Source: Mycobacteriales bacterium (GTDB lineage Bacteria; Actinomycetota; Actinomycetes; Mycobacteriales; CADCTP01). Taken from it: DNA of 64,000 nt. Of this stretch, positions 34,099-42,689 are shown piece by piece (the stretch's first letter is position 1; every line of letters starts with the position of its first letter). The notes under the pieces are model-generated. The model worked only from the letters and a program-made list of their open reading frames with translations. It was not told where the DNA came from and did not search any database. The translations under genes and the position numbers were made by a program. The stretch is taken from assembly GCA_045806925.1 (NCBI GenBank), contig JBJMII010000102.1, positions 1,478 through 65,477 on the forward strand, read 5' to 3'.

Positions 34099-34199
34099 GC
34101 ACGCAGCGTAGGCCCGGGCCGCGGGGCGCCGCCCGGGCGGCGGACGGCGTCAGCGAGTCGTAAGGGTCGTGGCCGGGACCACGCGGCTACGGTCCGCCC

Positions 34200-34862
34200 G
34201 TGCCCGCCGAGATCGACGCCGTGCTGCCCTGCCTGGACGAGGCTGCGGCGCTGCCCTGGGTGCTCGGCCGGATGCCGGCCGGCTACCGGGCGGTCGTCGC
34301 GGACAACGGCTCCACCGACGGCTCGGCCGACGTCGCCCGGTCGCTCGGCGCGCTGGTGGTCCAGGTGCCGCAGCGCGGCTTCGGCGCGGCCGTGCACGCC
34401 GGGCTGCTCGCCTGCCGCTCCGAAGTGGTCTGCGTGCTGGACGCGGATGGCTCGCTCGACCCGGCTGAGCTGCCGGACGTCGCCGGGCCGGTGCTGCGTG
34501 GCGAGGCCGACCTGGTGCTCGGCCGGCGCCGGCCGACCGGCCGCGGCGCGTGGCCGTGGCACGGGCGGGTGGGCAACGCGGTGCTCGCCCACCGGCTGCG
34601 CCGGCATACCGGCACCCGGTTGCACGACCTCGGCCCGATGCGCGCCTTCCGCCGGCAGCCGCTGCTCGACCTGCCGGTGCGGGACCGCCGCTTCGGCTAC
34701 CCGCTCGAGGTGGTGCTGCACGCCGCCGCCGCCGGCTGGCGGATCGCCGAGGTGGACGTCGGCTACCGGCCCCGGGCGGCGGGCACCCGCTCCAAGGTCA
34801 CCGGCTCCGTCCGCGGCACCGCCCGCGCGGTCCGGGACATGGCCGCGGTGCTGTCCCGGTGA
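34200..34862 (+). CDS. Family 2 glycosyltransferase (GT-A)
   Basis: VVADNGSTDGS and VLDADGS (DxD-type) motifs. 220 aa. Confidence 0.75.
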   Translation: MPAEIDAVLPCLDEAAALPWVLGRMPAGYRAVVADNGSTDGSADVARSLGALVVQVPQRGFGAAVHAGLLACRSEVVCVLDADGSLDPAELPDVAGPVLRGEADLVLGRRRPTGRGAWPWHGRVGNAVLAHRLRRHTGTRLHDLGPMRAFRRQPLLDLPVRDRRFGYPLEVVLHAAAAGWRIAEVDVGYRPRAAGTRSKVTGSVRGTARAVRDMAAVLSR

Positions 34863-35548
34863 CGGCCCGGCTGCTGGTGCTGGCGAAGGCGCCGGTGCCG
34901 GGCCGGGTGAAGACCCGGCTCTGCCCGCCGTGCACGCCGGACCAGGCCGCCGGCATCGCCGCCGCCGCACTCACCGACACCTTGGCGTCGGCCACCGCGA
35001 CCGCCGGCACCGTGCTCGCGCTGGACGGCCGGATGGTGGCGCCGCCCGGCGTCGCGGTCCGCCCGCAGCGCGGCGGCAACCTGGGCGAGCGGATCGCCGC
35101 CGCCTTCGCGGAGCTGTCCGGCCCGCTGCTGCAGATCGGCATGGACACCCCGCAGGTGACGCCGCGGCTGCTGGCCCGGTGCCTGTCCGCACTGGACGAC
35201 GGGGTGGATGCCGTGCTGGGCCCGGCCGCGGACGGCGGCTGGTGGGCGCTCGGCCTGCACGACCCGTCCTGCGCCCGGGTGCTCGCGGACGTCCCGATGT
35301 CCACACCGGACACCGGCCGGCTCACCGCGCGGGCGCTGCGGGACGCCGGGTTGCGGGTGGGCACGCTGCCGACGCTGCGGGACGTCGACACCTGGCCGGA
35401 CGCGGTCGCGGTGGCCGAGCTGGCGCCGCACGGCCGGTTCGCCGCGACCGTCGCGGCGGTGGCCGGCGTTCCTGGGGTCTCCGGGGCCGCCGCTGCCGGG
35501 GCCGCCGCGGCCGCCGGGGCCGGAGGGATCGCCGGGATCGCCGGATGA
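34859..35548 (+). CDS. DUF2064 / GT-A-related (TIGR04282-like) protein
   Basis: LVLAKAPVPGRVKTRL N-terminus and GPAADGGWWALGL block. GTG 34859 overlaps the upstream stop (GTGA). Ala/Gly-rich tail. Confidence 0.6.
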   Translation: MTARLLVLAKAPVPGRVKTRLCPPCTPDQAAGIAAAALTDTLASATATAGTVLALDGRMVAPPGVAVRPQRGGNLGERIAAAFAELSGPLLQIGMDTPQVTPRLLARCLSALDDGVDAVLGPAADGGWWALGLHDPSCARVLADVPMSTPDTGRLTARALRDAGLRVGTLPTLRDVDTWPDAVAVAELAPHGRFAATVAAVAGVPGVSGAAAAGAAAAAGAGGIAGIAG

Positions 35549-36315
35549 GCCGCGCCCCGGTCGAGGTGTACGAGGCGGGGCTGCGGGCCGCCGGGCGCGG
35601 GTGCTCCGCCGGGTGGCGCATCCGGTACGCCGACGGGACCGCCGCCGAGCTACCGCTCGCCGGCTGGACCGGCGGTGCCCGCCCCGGCGACTCCGGCCTG
35701 CTGGACCGGTGCGCCGGGCCGACGCTCGACCTCGGTTGCGGGCCGGGCCGGCTGACCGGGCTGCTCGCCGCCCGCGGCGTGCCGGCGCTCGGTGTCGACC
35801 TCGCGCCGCACGCGGTGGCGCTCGCGCGCGGCCGCGGCGGGACCGCGCTGCGCCGCGACCTCTTCGGCCCGCTGCCCGGCGAGGGCCGCTGGCACCGGCT
35901 GCTGCTCGCCGACGGCAACCTCGGCATCGGCGGTGACCCGGCCGCGCTGCTGCGGCGCTGCGCCGGGCTGCTGCACCCGGAGGGGATCCTGCTGTGCGAG
36001 ACCGACCCGCCCGGTGCGGGGCTGCGCCCCGTCCGGGTGCGGCTGGAGCCGCCGGCGGCACCGCCGTCCGCCTGGTTCCGGTGGGCTCAGGTCGGCGCGG
36101 ACGCGCTGCCCGCGCTCGGGCCGGCGGTCGGGCTCGTGCCGGCCGGCGGCTGGACGGAAGCCGGGCGGTGGTTCGCCGTGCTGACGCCGGCCCGCAGCGG
36201 CGCGGCGGCGAAGGCCGCCATGCCGTCGGCGAAGCCGAGCTGCGCCGACCAGCCGAGCTCGGACCGGGCCCGCTCGGACGACGCGGTGACGTGCCGCACG
36301 TCGCCGAGCCGGTAG
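35545..36315 (+). CDS. Class I SAM-dependent methyltransferase
   Basis: TLDLGCGPGRLTGLLA motif I. ATG 35545 overlaps the upstream stop (ATGA). The last ~45 codons run antisense to the convergent epimerase gene and may be read-through. Confidence 0.7.
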   Translation: MSRAPVEVYEAGLRAAGRGCSAGWRIRYADGTAAELPLAGWTGGARPGDSGLLDRCAGPTLDLGCGPGRLTGLLAARGVPALGVDLAPHAVALARGRGGTALRRDLFGPLPGEGRWHRLLLADGNLGIGGDPAALLRRCAGLLHPEGILLCETDPPGAGLRPVRVRLEPPAAPPSAWFRWAQVGADALPALGPAVGLVPAGGWTEAGRWFAVLTPARSGAAAKAAMPSAKPSCADQPSSDRARSDDAVTCRTSPSR

Positions 36316-37241
36316 TCGCCGGTGACCACCGGCGCCGGCCCGCCGGACGCGGCGGCCAGCGCTCCGGCCAGCTCACCGACCGTGTGCGGGATGCCGCTGC
36401 CCACGTTGTACGCGCGCAGCGTGCCGGTCGGCACAGCGCCGCCGGCCACCGCCTCCAGGGCCACCACGTTCGCCGCGGCGACGTCCCGCACCTCGACGAA
36501 GTCCCGCCGCTGGCGGCCGTCCTCGAACACCCGCGGTGCCTCGCCCCGGGCCAGTGCCGAGCGGAACAGCGAGGCGACCCCGGCGTACGGGGTGTCCCGC
36601 GGCATCCGCGCGCCGTAGACGTTGTGGTATCGCAGCGCGGCGACCGAGCCGCCGCTGACCCGCGCCCAGGACGCGGCGAGGTGCTCCTGCGCGACCTTGG
36701 TCGCGGCGTAGACGTTGCGCGGGTCGAGGCGGGCGTCCTCGCCGACGAAGTCCGGCTCCAGCGGCCGCCCGCAGACCGGGCACGGCGGCTCGAACCGGCC
36801 GGCGTCCAGATCGGACGGTCGTCGCGGCCCGGGTGCGACGTCGCCGTGCTCGACGCACCGGTAGCGGCCTTCGCCGTACACCACCATCGAGCTCGCCAGC
36901 ACGAGCCGGCGGATCCCCGCGCGGGCCGCCTCGGCGAGCAGCACGGCGGTGCCGAGGTCGTTCGCCCCCGCGTAGCCCGGCAGGTCGTCCAGGTCGACGC
37001 CGAGCCCGACCATGGCCGCCTGGTGGCAGACGGCGTCCACATCGGACAGCGCCGCGGCCACCGCACCGGCGTCCCGGACATCCGCCGTCACCAGCTCAAC
37101 GCCGGCCGGCGGCGGCGGCGGGACGGCGTGCACCTCCGGCAGCAGCGCGTCCAACACCCGGACGCCGTGCCCGGCGGCCAGCAGTCCGTCGGTCACGTGC
37201 GAGCCGATGAACCCCGCACCGCCGGTCACCAACACGAGCAC
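36087..37241 (-). CDS. NAD-dependent epimerase/dehydratase (extended SDR)
   Basis: VLVTGGAGFIGSHV and YAATKVAQE (YxxxK). An inserted CxxC-containing segment (PPCPVCGRPLEP) is present. Confidence 0.85.
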   Translation of the reverse strand: MLVLVTGGAGFIGSHVTDGLLAAGHGVRVLDALLPEVHAVPPPPPAGVELVTADVRDAGAVAAALSDVDAVCHQAAMVGLGVDLDDLPGYAGANDLGTAVLLAEAARAGIRRLVLASSMVVYGEGRYRCVEHGDVAPGPRRPSDLDAGRFEPPCPVCGRPLEPDFVGEDARLDPRNVYAATKVAQEHLAASWARVSGGSVAALRYHNVYGARMPRDTPYAGVASLFRSALARGEAPRVFEDGRQRRDFVEVRDVAAANVVALEAVAGGAVPTGTLRAYNVGSGIPHTVGELAGALAAASGGPAPVVTGDYRLGDVRHVTASSERARSELGWSAQLGFADGMAAFAAAPLRAGVSTANHRPASVQPPAGTSPTAGPSAGSASAPT

Positions 37242-37449
37242 CCCCGGACCCTACTTCTCCGGCGGATCCGGCCGTGGCCGGCCGGAAGTTGTCCGGGCCG
37301 GCCAGACCGCCGCCCCGGGACGTACGTACCGTCAGACGCGACGGTCCAGGTGCCGCCGGCGTCCCGCGGCTGGGATGCTGGCCGGGTCTGCGCCGGTCGG
37401 GTGCCGCCTGGAGTCGTCGTCGAAGGGAGATGGTCCGTGGTCGAGGCGT

Positions 37450-38281
37450 TTGCGCACTCCGGACGACCGGTTCCGCGGCCTGCCCGGCTGGGCCCACGCA
37501 CCGTCGTACCTGGCGGACCTGCCGGGCTATGAAGGGCTGCGGGCGCACTACGTCGACCTCGGGCCGCGCGACGCCACGGACACGTACCTGCTCCTGCACG
37601 GCGAGCCGACCTGGGCGTACCTGTACCGGAAGATGATCCCGGTCTTCCTGGCGGCCGGCGGAAGGGTCGTCGCGCCGGACTTCTTCGGCTTCGGCCGGTC
37701 GGACAAGCCGGTCGAGCAGTCCGTGTACAGCTTCGACTTCCACCGCGAGCACCTGCTCCGGCTGGTGGAACGCCTCGACCTCACCGGCGTAACGCTGGTC
37801 GTGCAGGACTGCAGCGGCCTGCTCGGGCTGCCGCTGCCGCTGGACGCCGGGTTCGCGCCGCGGCTGTCCCGGCTGCTGGCCATGAACACCGGCCTCGCCG
37901 TCGGCACCTCACCCGGCAAGGGCTTCGAGGACTGGCGCGGCTACGTCGCGTCCCATCCGGACCTCCCGGTCGGCAGCCTGCTCAAGCGCAGCGTGCCGAC
38001 CCTGAGCGACGCCGAGGCGGCGGCGTACGACGCGCCGTTCCCGGACGCCTCTCTCCCGAGCGGCGGAACGGTTCTGGTCCGGGTGGGACGGGCCGAGCTT
38101 CCTCGCCGTCGGTGCCCAGGACCCGGTGCTCGGGGTGCCGGCGATGCAGCGGCTGCGCCGGATCGTCCGGGGCGCTCCGCCGCCGCTGGTCCTCCAGAAC
38201 GCCGGCCACTTCGTGCAGGAGAGCGGCGACATCGTGGCCGGGGCCGCCCTCGCCGCCTTCAGTCGTCCGGCACCGGACTGA
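37450..38281 (+). pseudogene. DhlA/HLD-I-type haloalkane dehalogenase (alpha/beta hydrolase), disrupted by an internal deletion plus frameshift near 38060-38070
   Basis: Frame 1 reads RTPDDRFRGLPGW...LLLHGEPTWAYLYRKMIPVF...APDFFGFGRSDKP...VVQDCSGLLGL...AAYDAPFPDAS. Homology resumes in frame 2 as AAERFWSGWDGPSFLAVGAQDPVLG...NAGHFVQESGDIVA...*. About 23 residues (YKAG.R.FP..VP...) that I expect between these blocks are missing. The nucleophile elbow reads QDCSG rather than QDWGG. The start (TTG 37450) is uncertain. Confidence 0.65.
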
Positions 38282-38325
38282 AACCCCGCCCTGATCACCT
38301 GCTGCCTGGTCTTGACCGCTGTCCT

Positions 38326-38354
38326 CGCGGCCGGCGGCCTTCGGTCCGGCCGCG
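38326..38354. terminator. Bidirectional GC hairpin between convergent genes (9-bp stem, 11-nt loop)
   Basis: cgcggccgg (38326-38334) and ccggccgcg (38346-38354) are exact complements. Confidence 0.45.
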
Positions 38355-38355
38355 G

Positions 38356-39771
38356 CTACTTCTTCGGCAGGTCGGCCTGGTACGTCCGAGCGCGGCCGCC
38401 GTGGCCGGCTGCCAGCGTCGCGTAGGCCGGAATTTGGTAGAGGGTCATCCGGTCGTCGAGGAAGTCGCTGTAGGCCAGGGTGCGGCCGTCGGGCGAGACG
38501 TCCAGCCCGGTCGGCTGGTTGCCGCCGACGATCGCATCGAGGATCCGTCCGGTCCGGGTGTCGATGGCCAGGACGGAGCCCCATTCCGGGCCGGGCAGGT
38601 AGTAGTTGCTGCCGTTCCGGCCCCGGTCGGAGACGTACAGCACGCGCCCGTCCGGGCTCAGGTCGATCGTGTTCGGGGTGTGGCCGGTGTCGGCGAGCTT
38701 CCGTACGCTGCTGGTCCGCAGGTCGACGACGAAGACCTCGTTCGTCCCCATGTCGTCCGCGTAGAGCCGACCCTGAACCGGATCGGCGACGAGGTGGCGC
38801 ATCGCGCCGCCGGTGTGCAGCAGCGCCGTCGACCGGCCGGTGGCGAGGTCGATCGAGGCGAGCTCGCCGCGCGCGTAGCCGGCGACGTAGAGCCGCTTGC
38901 CGTCGGCCGTGGGGTAGAGACCGCGTGGCGTGCCCACCGTGGGGAGCAGCCGGCGCACCCGGCCGGAGGCGAGGTCGATCTCGGACACGTCGTTGCTCAC
39001 CCAGTTGGCGACGTACATCGTCCGCTCGTCCGACGACAGCGCCATCACCTTGCTCCAGACTCCCTTCGTCGGCAGCTGCCGGCGGACCCGGTGGGTGCGT
39101 CGGTCGATCTCGAATACCGACGCCGTCTCCATCTGGCTCGCGTAGACGGTGCGGCCGTCCCGGGTGAAGACGACCTCGACCGCGCCGTGCGAGCCGAGCC
39201 GGACGTCGGCCGTGCGCCGGAGCGTGGTCCGGTCGAAGACCTGCAGGCCGTGACCCCCGAGCAGGCTCACCCAGATCTCCCGGCCGTCCGGGGTGAAGGC
39301 CACCTGCTTCGGCGCCGGCCCGGTGCCGAGCACGCCCACCTTGTGGTGCAGCAGACCCGCCGGATCGAGCCACCGGTGCAGCGAGCGGTCCCGGTCCAGG
39401 TCCAGTTGCTCGGTCAGGGGGTTGTATCCGGGCCGCACCAGTGTCAGCCGCAGGCGACCACCGGCCACTGTCCCCGAGAAGGGAGTTCGCTGCACGGTGG
39501 TCGCGCCGTCCTCGCGGGTGATGCGCAACTGGGCGCCCGCGGGATCGCTCGTCACCTTCAGCCGGTGCGGTGCCGGGGCGATCCCCGCCGCCTGGCGCTG
39601 CGTCGGGAGCTTCTCCCCCGGCGACAGGGCACGGACAGGCGCCGCGGCATCGCCGGACCTCGTCGGGAAGCCCAGGTCGAGCCGCCCGGCCGCTGCGAGC
39701 GCTCCTGCCGCCAGGACGCCCGCCGCCGCGACGGCGGTGATGGTCCACTTGCCTACACCCGGCATGGTCAT
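38356..39771 (-). CDS. Membrane-anchored or secreted PEGA-domain plus YVTN/YncE-type beta-propeller repeat protein
   Basis: N-terminus MTMPGVGKWTITAVAAAGVLAAGALAAAG. LKVTSDPAGAQLRI...LTLVRPGYNP is PEGA-like. Repeated P.G...SPDGR.LYV-type propeller blades are present. ATG 39771 follows a GAGG. Confidence 0.7.
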   Translation of the reverse strand: MTMPGVGKWTITAVAAAGVLAAGALAAAGRLDLGFPTRSGDAAAPVRALSPGEKLPTQRQAAGIAPAPHRLKVTSDPAGAQLRITREDGATTVQRTPFSGTVAGGRLRLTLVRPGYNPLTEQLDLDRDRSLHRWLDPAGLLHHKVGVLGTGPAPKQVAFTPDGREIWVSLLGGHGLQVFDRTTLRRTADVRLGSHGAVEVVFTRDGRTVYASQMETASVFEIDRRTHRVRRQLPTKGVWSKVMALSSDERTMYVANWVSNDVSEIDLASGRVRRLLPTVGTPRGLYPTADGKRLYVAGYARGELASIDLATGRSTALLHTGGAMRHLVADPVQGRLYADDMGTNEVFVVDLRTSSVRKLADTGHTPNTIDLSPDGRVLYVSDRGRNGSNYYLPGPEWGSVLAIDTRTGRILDAIVGGNQPTGLDVSPDGRTLAYSDFLDDRMTLYQIPAYATLAAGHGGRARTYQADLPKK

Positions 39772-40144
39772 CGCCTCGATGCGAGTCGCTGCGGAACGAC
39801 GCACCCTAGCCCAAGGTCTGACCCGGCTGGGGAGCACGCTCCCAGCCCACATCGACAGCTGGGACCGGCGCCCGGGCAGCGGCCGATGCGCCGAGCCGAG
39901 CGGAAGGTCCGTCGTCGGTCGGAGCACCTCGAGGTCGGCGCTGACGCCGAAGTGGTCGCTCGCCGGTAGCGGGAGCTTGAGCGGCAACCAAGCGGACAGT
40001 GGCGTCAGCGGGGCCGTTGTTGGCGGAGTCGCGCCGTTGTGGGGTCGCACTTGTCGCCGGCGGGCTCCTGGTCGATGATCGGCGCGACACCGCGCGATCG
40101 TCGGGACCGGCCCGACGGTGTGACGGTGCGGGTTGGCGGTCGAC

Positions 40145-41044
40145 ATGAGCGGCAGTCATTCGCGGCGCTGGCGCCGGTGGCCGGGCCTGGTCCTCGCGCT
40201 GGCGGTAATGATGCTGCCGGGCGCTCTCTCGCCCACCGTCGCGGCCGCCGGCGTGCAGCCGGTGCATCCGGGCTTCGGCTATCTCGCCCTGGGTGACTCG
40301 GTCGCGTTCGGTTATCGGCCCCCTGCGGTCACGCCGCAGGCCGACTACTTCGACGCCGACAACTTCGTCGGGTACCCGGAGGACCTCGCGGCGGCGAGAT
40401 CGCTCCGGCTCGCCAACGCCTCGTGCCCCGGCGAGACGACCGCCAGCATGATCACGGCCGGGGCGCAGAGCAACGGCTGTGAGAACTCGCTCGGGTCGCC
40501 GGTCGGGTACCGCACCGTGTTCCCGCTGCACGTCGCCTACTCGGGCACCCAACTCGCCTTTGCCGTCGACTACCTGCGAAGCCATCCCCGTACCCGGCTG
40601 GTCACGATCAACATCGGTGCCAACGATCTGTTCCTCTGCCAGGCGACCACCGCGGACCGCTGCACCGGCGCGGACTTCCCGGCCGCGCTGCGACAGATCA
40701 GCGAGAACCTGACGACCATCCTCACCGCGCTGCGGGAGACGGCGCACTATCACCACGACCTGGCTCTGCTCACCTACTACTCGCTCAACTACGCCGACCC
40801 GGTCCAGGTCGCGGGCACGACGGCGTTGAACGCCGCTCTCGTTGCCGTCGCCGCCCGGTTCGACGTGGTCGTCGCTGACGGGTTCGCCGCGTTCCTGCAC
40901 GCGTCGCAGAGCTTCGGCGGTGACTCGTGCGCGGCCGGCCTGCTGATCGCGTTGCCCGGCGGTGGATGCAACATCCACCCGTCCGCCCTCGGACACCAGG
41001 TCCTCGCCGCAGCCGTCGACGACGTCGTTCCGTCGTCCCCTTAG
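40145..41044 (+). CDS. Secreted SGNH/GDSL-family hydrolase (lipase/esterase)
   Basis: Signal-like N-terminus. YLALGDSVAFG (block I GDS), INIGANDL (block III) and the C-terminal block HPSALGHQV. Confidence 0.8.
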   Translation: MSGSHSRRWRRWPGLVLALAVMMLPGALSPTVAAAGVQPVHPGFGYLALGDSVAFGYRPPAVTPQADYFDADNFVGYPEDLAAARSLRLANASCPGETTASMITAGAQSNGCENSLGSPVGYRTVFPLHVAYSGTQLAFAVDYLRSHPRTRLVTINIGANDLFLCQATTADRCTGADFPAALRQISENLTTILTALRETAHYHHDLALLTYYSLNYADPVQVAGTTALNAALVAVAARFDVVVADGFAAFLHASQSFGGDSCAAGLLIALPGGGCNIHPSALGHQVLAAAVDDVVPSSP

Positions 41045-41091
41045 TTCGGGGCGCGGCCGCACCCGCCGCGTGCCCTCTACCGCTCGCGTCG

Positions 41092-41326
41092 TCACGGCCG
41101 CAACGGCCGGTGGGCGTCGGAGCGGTGTTCGATGGCCAGGACGTCGACCCGGTGTTTTCTCGTCGTCGACGCGGTAGATCACTCGGTAGTCGCCGCGCCG
41201 GGCGCTCCGCAGTCCTTCCATCTCGAGCTCGAGGGGCTTGCCGACCCGGTACGGGTTCGCGGCCAGTGGGCGGTAAAGGAACTCGACCGACACGATCTTC
41301 AAGTCGACGCCGCTCTCCAGGCCCAC
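41092..41326 (-). pseudogene. RelE/ParE-family toxin remnant (frameshifted and N-terminally fused or truncated), with scrambled antitoxin-like fragments upstream to about 41484
   Basis: Reads ...PLAANPYRVGKPLELEMEGLRSARRGDYRVIYRVDDEK, then only after a 1-nt shift near 41148-41156 continues RVDVLAIEHRSDAHRPLRP*. The upstream frames contain YefM/Phd-like fragments (RNLPR..., PPIKLHEGRYTAATVGLES) spread over three frames. Confidence 0.45.
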
Positions 41327-41534
41327 GGTCGCGGCCGTGTACCGACCCTCGTGCAGCTTGATCGGCGGACGTCGTGCGCGTGCATCCGTGGGCGTGGCAG
41401 GTTGCGCTGATCTTGGCTGACGGCGACGCCCGCCGGATCGAGATCGAGAGCGCTACCGCCGTCGTCGTCCGTAACGCGCGTCACAGCTGACGCCCTGTTC
41501 CGTCACACACCTACCCCACAAGAAGGAGAGTTCG

Positions 41535-42062
41535 ATGCGTAGAACTCTGACGCTCGTGCTGCTGGTCCTAGCCGCCCTGCTCGGCCTCGCTGGGCCGGCC
41601 GACGCCCGCACGGTCTACAACGCACGGTGGGGCGTCGACTCGGACACGTATAACCACTACCGCAATCCGGCCCGCGGCGAGGCTCGGGGAGACACCTGGG
41701 TCGACGAGCAGTACTCCGACGTCGAGCCGTACATCGAGCGGGTCCGCGGCTTCGCCCGCGCGGTCAGGGTGGCGCGCGTCGCGCGGATCCAGATCGACGT
41801 CGTGCGGCTCGAGGACCAGAACTCGACGGTTTGGGCGCGCAACGCGACCCCGGTCAACTCGGGAACGAACGCGACCGCGATCCAGACCACGGCGTGGGTC
41901 AACGCCGGCGACGAGTTCGGGTTCCCGTACTCGTGCGACTCGACCCGGCTGACGCCCCTGCGGACCCGGGCGGCGATCTCGATCCGGTGGACCGACGGTA
42001 CGCTGTCGCGCGTGACCGCCCTGAGCCAATTCTCCGAGTCCGAGTTCTGCCGCCGCGCCTAA
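41535..42062 (+). CDS. Secreted protein of unknown function
   Basis: Strong RBS AAGGAGA. Signal peptide MRRTLTLVLLVLAALLGLAGPADA. 175 aa with 2 Cys near the C-terminus. I recognise no family motif. Confidence 0.7.
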   Translation: MRRTLTLVLLVLAALLGLAGPADARTVYNARWGVDSDTYNHYRNPARGEARGDTWVDEQYSDVEPYIERVRGFARAVRVARVARIQIDVVRLEDQNSTVWARNATPVNSGTNATAIQTTAWVNAGDEFGFPYSCDSTRLTPLRTRAAISIRWTDGTLSRVTALSQFSESEFCRRA

Positions 42063-42072
42063 CCAACAAATG

Positions 42073-42099
42073 GGAGGGCCCGGTTCCGTCGGGCCTTCC
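42073..42099 (+). terminator. Hairpin after the secreted-protein gene (10-bp stem including one G-U pair, 7-nt loop)
   Basis: ggagggcccg (42073-42082), gttccgt, cgggccttcc (42090-42099). Confidence 0.45.
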
Positions 42100-42471
42100 G
42101 TGCGCTTGGACTCACGTGCTGAGCGCATCCGTGCGCGGCCCGGACGCGGCCCCGGCGCCGTTCCACGTGAACGACCGCGCGCGTGCCGGCACGCCCGATC
42201 TGACACGATCGCGCCGCGGCTGAGTGCCGGTGTGCGATGCTGATAGACCTACGTCGACTTTGCGGGGTGACTATGTTCGGGAGTGGCAGTTTTTCATGTC
42301 AACTTCGGTTTGGGGCCCATTTCCCCTCAAGAAGTCGCGAGCGAGCACAGTCCGGCCCCGGACGTTCCGCGGTTGTTCCGTTGAGGGTCGCTCGTGATCT
42401 TGTTCTTCGTGTTTCCCGAGCTCAGGACGGCGATCATCCTCACCAGGAAGGTTTGATATGCAAATGATCGC

Positions 42472-42689
42472 TCACGCTTCTGCCTGTTCGGCCCGCTCGC
42501 GGTCGGCCAGCATGCGTGCAACTCGTCGGCGTTGATCGCTTCGCCGCGGCTGATCTCGTCCTCGGCTTGGCGTATCTGTTCGAGCGCGTCGGGAGTGTCC
42601 AGGATGTCGAGGCTCTCCTCCAACGCCTGCAGGTCGGTCTCGTCGAGCACAGCGGGCAGCCCGGCTGACAACGTCGAGGGCTTGTTCAG
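42472..42689 (-). pseudogene. Phd/YefM-type antitoxin remnant (N-terminus missing, C-terminus frameshifted); a possible YoeB-like toxin scrap follows at about 42327-42475
   Basis: Reads GLPAVLDETDLQALEESLDILDTPDALEQIRQAEDEISRGEAINADELHA, and after a 1-nt shift near 42510-42520 continues MLADRERAEQAEA*. The reading frame begins inside the 3' end of the SARP gene. Downstream GTGAGCGATCATTTGCATATCAAACCTTCCTGGTGA gives VSDHLHIKPSW*, followed by broken frames. Confidence 0.4.

Noticed and set aside
37274-37636. The frame-2 ORF starting MVRGRGVCAL (ATG 37430, preceded by AAGGGA), considered as the true dehalogenase N-terminus.
   Set aside because: Dehalogenase homology (RTPDDRF...HGEPTWAYLYRKMIPVF) is in frame 1, not frame 2. 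The frame-2 product has no family features. An additional 5' frameshift cannot be excluded but is not demonstrable.
39772-40144. The 373-bp divergent intergenic region between the beta-propeller and SGNH genes, containing an imperfect hairpin (about 39823-39845) and a short direct repeat gccgttgt x2. I considered a possible sRNA or small ORF here.
   Set aside because: I could not identify a convincing promoter/terminator pair, RBS-led small ORF or known RNA motif by eye.
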